A stretch of DNA of 64,000 nucleotides from Azolla caroliniana. Its lineage: Eukaryota > Plantae > Polypodiophyta. The notes beneath the pieces were generated by a model. That model saw only the letters and a list, made by a program, of their open reading frames with translations, did no database searches and was not told where the DNA came from. Both the position numbers and the translations under genes were made by a program. This document shows positions 59,866 to 64,000 of the stretch, piece by piece. The stretch covers positions 13,640,001 through 13,704,000 of the forward strand of contig JBHGNT010000003.1 of the NCBI GenBank assembly GCA_043228905.1, given 5' to 3'. Within the stretch, counting starts at the first letter, position 1. Each line of letters starts with the position of its first letter.

Positions 59866-62800
59866 CTGCTCTCACTTCGCATACAAATGAGCAACAACAA
59901 TAACTGTTTGCCCTAAGTCATATTTATACACATATGACTTTCGGGCTATTTACAAATATAGCCTCAAGGGGGGCCTTGGCAAACATATTCACAAATATGT
60001 CCCCGCATCCGGATCTCTCTCCGGGTACATTCGTCATCCGGCTCCGTAACCGGGTTCTTCTTCATCCGGCTTCATGCCGGGTACTCTTCATCCTCCGGTT
60101 CCGTAACCGCAACCGGGCTTGCCGTCATTCATTTCCGGACATCCGACCATCCCATCCGGAGGGACCGTAATCCCAACAAACTCCCCCTTCACTTCGGCAT
60201 GGGATGTCTTTCCAGTCCGACCCTCTTCCGGCACGCTTCCAGCTTGTCGGGTGTGAGCACTTTGGTTAGCATATCTGACCCGTTATCTTCCGTGTGGATC
60301 TTCGTCAGCACGAACTCCTGGTCTTCTATCCTTTCCCGGATCCAGTGATATCTTCGCTGGATGTGCTTCGTCCGGGAGTGATAGGCCGCGTTCTTCGCAA
60401 GGTGGATGGCACTCTGACTGTCGCAGTAGAGTCAGTACTCCTCTTGCCGGATACCGAGCTCTCTAATGAAGTCCTTCATCCATATTATTTCCTTGCCGGC
60501 TTCAACAACCGCCATGTACTCCGCCTCCGTGGTTGACAACGCAACCGTCTTCTGCAGCCTCGACTGCCACGAAACAGCTCCCCCTGCATACGTCATCACA
60601 TACCCTGATGTGGACCGGCTGGTATCTGCATCAGCCGACATATCCGAATCGGTAAAGCCGTCGAGTTCGGGCTTACCGGAGCCGAATCGGAGGCACACGT
60701 TTGCCGTGCCCTTCAGGTATCGGAGTATCCACTTGACCGCGTTCCAGTGCTCCTTGCCGGGATTGCTCATGTACCGGCTCACCACTCCGACTGCGTATCC
60801 TATGTCCGGTCTTGTACACACCATTGCGTACATCAAGCTTCCGACGGCAGAGGCATATGGTACTTTCATCATGTCCTCTTTCTCAGCCTTTGTCTTGGGG
60901 CTTTGCTTGCTGGACAACTTGCAGTTTGCCGGGAGGGTTGATCCGACCGGTCTTGCTTCCGACATGTTGAACCGGTGAAGCACCTTTGTTACGTACTTCT
61001 CCTGTGACAGCCACAACTGCTTCTTCTTCCGGTCTCGGATGATGTGCATCCCTAGTATTTGCCTCGCCGGACCCAGGTCCTTCATTGAGAAGGTTTGGTG
61101 AAGTGCTTTCTTCAACATCCGTATCTTGCCCTGGTCCCGTCCGACGATCAACATGTCGTCCACGTACAGGAGGAGTATTAGAGAGTCTCCTCCTTCGAAC
61201 TTCTTCACAAACACGCAGTGATCGGACTGCGTTTTGTGGTACCCTTCGTCGGTCATGAAGGAGTCGAACTTCCGGTACCATTGCCGGGGAGCCTGCTTCA
61301 GTCCGTAAAGGCTCTTCTTCAACCGGCATACCAGGTGCTCCTTCCCTTTCTTCTCGAATCCTTCCGGTTGCTGCATGTAGATCTCTTCTTCGAGGTCACC
61401 GTGAAGGAATGCCGTCTTCACGTCCATCTGTTCTACCTCGAGGTCCATGCTTGCCGCTATACTCAGCACCGTCCGGATGGAGGTCATCTTCACTACCGGG
61501 GCAAATATCTCGTCGAAGTCGACGCCCTTCTTCTGCTGGAACCCCTTCACCACGATCCTGGCTTTGTATCTCGGGGGGTTTCCGGCATCTCCCGGTTTCA
61601 GCTTGAACACCCGCTTTCCTTTCGGCAACTCCACAAGTTCATATGTGTGGTTCTCATGCAGGGAATCCATCTCCTCCTGCATGGCACTTAACCACCTGCG
61701 GCTATGGGTGTCAAGCTTTGCTTCTTCAAAACTCTCCGGCTCCCCCTCGTCGGTTAGCAGCACGTGCTCTGGTTCCGGAAATCTCCGGGGGGCCCTTCTC
61801 TCTCTTAGAGGGTATCTCCGTTCCGGAGCTTCGGTAACCGGCTGCTCCGTTTCCTCTTCATCCGAATCCATTTCGGGATCAGGGCCGGTTCCGGTATCAG
61901 TTTCATCTTCCTCGGCCGGTTCTGTTTCTTCACCGTCTTCGGCCGGATCCTCGAGTGCTAACCGGTCCCTTGCTGGTCGGGACTGCTCCCCGTAGAGTTT
62001 ATCCTCACTGGTCGACTTGGAGCTCTTCATCTTCTTCTCCGACTCCCGGTCGGCGAGTGTCTTGTCCTCCATGAAGATGATATCTCGACTCCTGAATATC
62101 TTCTTGTCGACCGGGTCCCATACTCGGTAGCCGAACTCGTCGTCGCCGTAACCGAGGAATATGCATGGCCGGGTCTTTGGATCTAACTTTCCTCTCCGGT
62201 CCTTTGCCACATGCACGTATGCGAGACACCCGAACACCTTCAGATGCCGGTAGGACACTTCCTTACCGGTCCACACTTTCTGCGGCGTGTCTCCGTCCAA
62301 AGGTACTGAGGGTGATCTGTTTATCACGTATGTCGCCGTCGACATCGCCTCAGCCCAAAATCCCTTGGGTAATTTCGCATGCGCCAGCATACTCCGGACC
62401 CTCTCCATTATGGTCCGGTTCATCCTCTCGGCCAGCCCGTTCAGTTCCGGCGTCTTCGGCACAGTAAACTCGAGCCGGATTCCCTTCGAGCGACAGTACT
62501 CCTGGAACTGCCCCCGGTATTCCCCTCCGTTATCCGCTCGTATCGCTTTCAGCTTCTTGCCGGATTCCCTTTCCACTCTCACGTGAAGTTCTTTGAAGAC
62601 GCACAACACTTGGTCCTTTGTCTTCAACGGTGCCGACCACAGCTTCCGGCTGTGGTCATCAATGAATGTCACGAAGTACTGGGCTCCGCCATGTGACTTC
62701 GTTTCTACTTGACACACGTCAGTGTGCACCAGCTCCAATGGTGCGCTACGTCTCGTCGGTGGCCTTGAGTGGAAGGAGGTCCGGTTTTGCTTACCGGCCA

Positions 62801-64000
62801 GGCAGTCGGTGCACTTCTCCAGGTGCACATGCTTCACTGGAATAAGGTTGTCTTCTGCAAGCCTCTTCATCCCCTTCTCACTCATGTGGCACAGTCTCTT
62901 GTGCCACAGCTCACCGGCAGTGTCGGCTGCCACGTTCAGCTCCTCCGGACATAGCCGGGAATTCATCAGGTACAGTGTGTTGACCTTCCGGGCCCGAGCC
63001 ACTATCAGGCTCCCCTTGCTGAACTTCATGACACCGTTCCGGATGCTACCCGTGTAGCCTTCATCATCTAGCCTCCCGGCCGAGATCAGGTTCAATCGGA
63101 CCTCCGGAACATGTCGAACATCCTTCAGCAGCATCTTGCATCCGGTTGATGTCATCAGCCACACGTCTCCTATGCCGGCAATCCGGCATGTGCCTTCATT
63201 TCCCATCCGGACACAGCCGTGCTCACCGGCTGTGTAGGATGAGAAGTATTTCTTCTCCGGGGTCAGGTGGAACGACGCTCCGGAATCGACCACCCAGGTC
63301 ATCTCTACACCGGCAAGGTTCAGCTCCCTCTCTTCGGTAATGAGCATTATCTCTTCTTCACTTGCCGCGAGTGCCGTCGTTCCTTTCCGGTCCTGCCCTC
63401 GCCGATCCGGACCTCTCCGGTCCGTGGCTCCCCGGTATGCACCGTTTCTCTCCGGTGACTTCTTCGAATCGGCGTCGTCGGCTCCGTTGTCCTTTCGGTA
63501 ATGCCGACAATTCTTCCGGAAGTGCCCCGGCTTCCCACAGTGGAAGCATGTGGGCCTTCCTCTTGACTGCGACCGGGTCCCCGACTTCTCCCGTCTTTGC
63601 GGACTCCGGTTCCATTGTCTTCCCCGATCCGATTCGGTAAGCAGCATCTTCGGATCGGAAACCGGTTCTTTATCTCTCCGACGCGCTTCTTCGTTCAAAA
63701 TGCTTGTCTTTACCGTTTGTAGAGACAAGTTATCTTCGGTGCAGGAGGTGCTGAGAGTCACCACCAAGTTCTCCCAGCTTTCCGGCAATGTACACATCAG
63801 AATGATGGCTTGCATTGCATCCTCCAACGGGAACTTGATCGCCGCAAGCTGGTTCACGAATCCCATGAACGTGCTTACGTGTTCCACCATACTCTCGCCG
63901 TCCCGGTACTTGAGGTTCACTATCTTCCTCATCAGGGAGGTCCGGTTTAACGCATTCTTCCTCTCGTAGAGGCCCGACAGCTTCCGCCACATCTCATATG
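59568..64000 (-). mobile_element. Very young Ty1/copia element (runs off the window)
   Basis: 3' LTR 59568-60178 and PPT rc 'aactcccccttca'. Inserted in the 5' LTR of the previous element. Confidence 0.95.
60189..63992 (-). pseudogene. Copia gag-pol polyprotein, nearly intact
   Basis: Open frame of 1186 aa (CFHCGKPGH, VVDSGAS, LWHKRLCH, HTDVC, ADNGGE, LYVDD, FTDSD, TTEAEY). A single TGA at 60432-60434 lies in RNase H (EY*LYCD), and the frame then continues to HPMPK* at 60189. There is a short in-frame deletion in RT (GKR-VFKL versus GKRALRNKWVYKL in the sister copy). Confidence 0.92.

Noticed and set aside
60466-63969. Numerous antisense ORFs over copia pol
   Set aside because: These are expected shadow frames of GC-rich retrotransposon coding sequence with no independent motifs.

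Overview
Eukaryotic, transposon-dense land-plant genomic DNA. A fern or other seed-free plant is plausible, but that is inference only. There are two ordinary spliced host genes: a peroxisomal sterol carrier protein 2 (5290-6628, +) and a temperature-induced lipocalin (18806-19920, -). They sit among nested, mostly decayed Ty1/copia elements (two full-length with matching TSDs, one of them Bianca-like), Ty3/gypsy remnants, solo LTRs and a 5'-truncated LINE. The standout is a 7.8-kb cut-and-paste DNA transposon (28727-36512) with 37-bp TIRs and a 4-bp GGAT TSD. It carries a Sola-like DDE/D transposase and, divergently, a six-exon gene with an uninterrupted 982-codon frame encoding a ParB/Srx-like domain fused to a prokaryotic-type beta-class amino (N6-A/N4-C) DNA methyltransferase. 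The first intron of that gene holds five regularly spaced 41-bp palindromes. The element is itself inserted in a small hAT-like shell (8-bp TSD) that carries a FAR1/WRKY-GCM1-type zinc-finger fragment. All family assignments come from motif recognition, not database searches.
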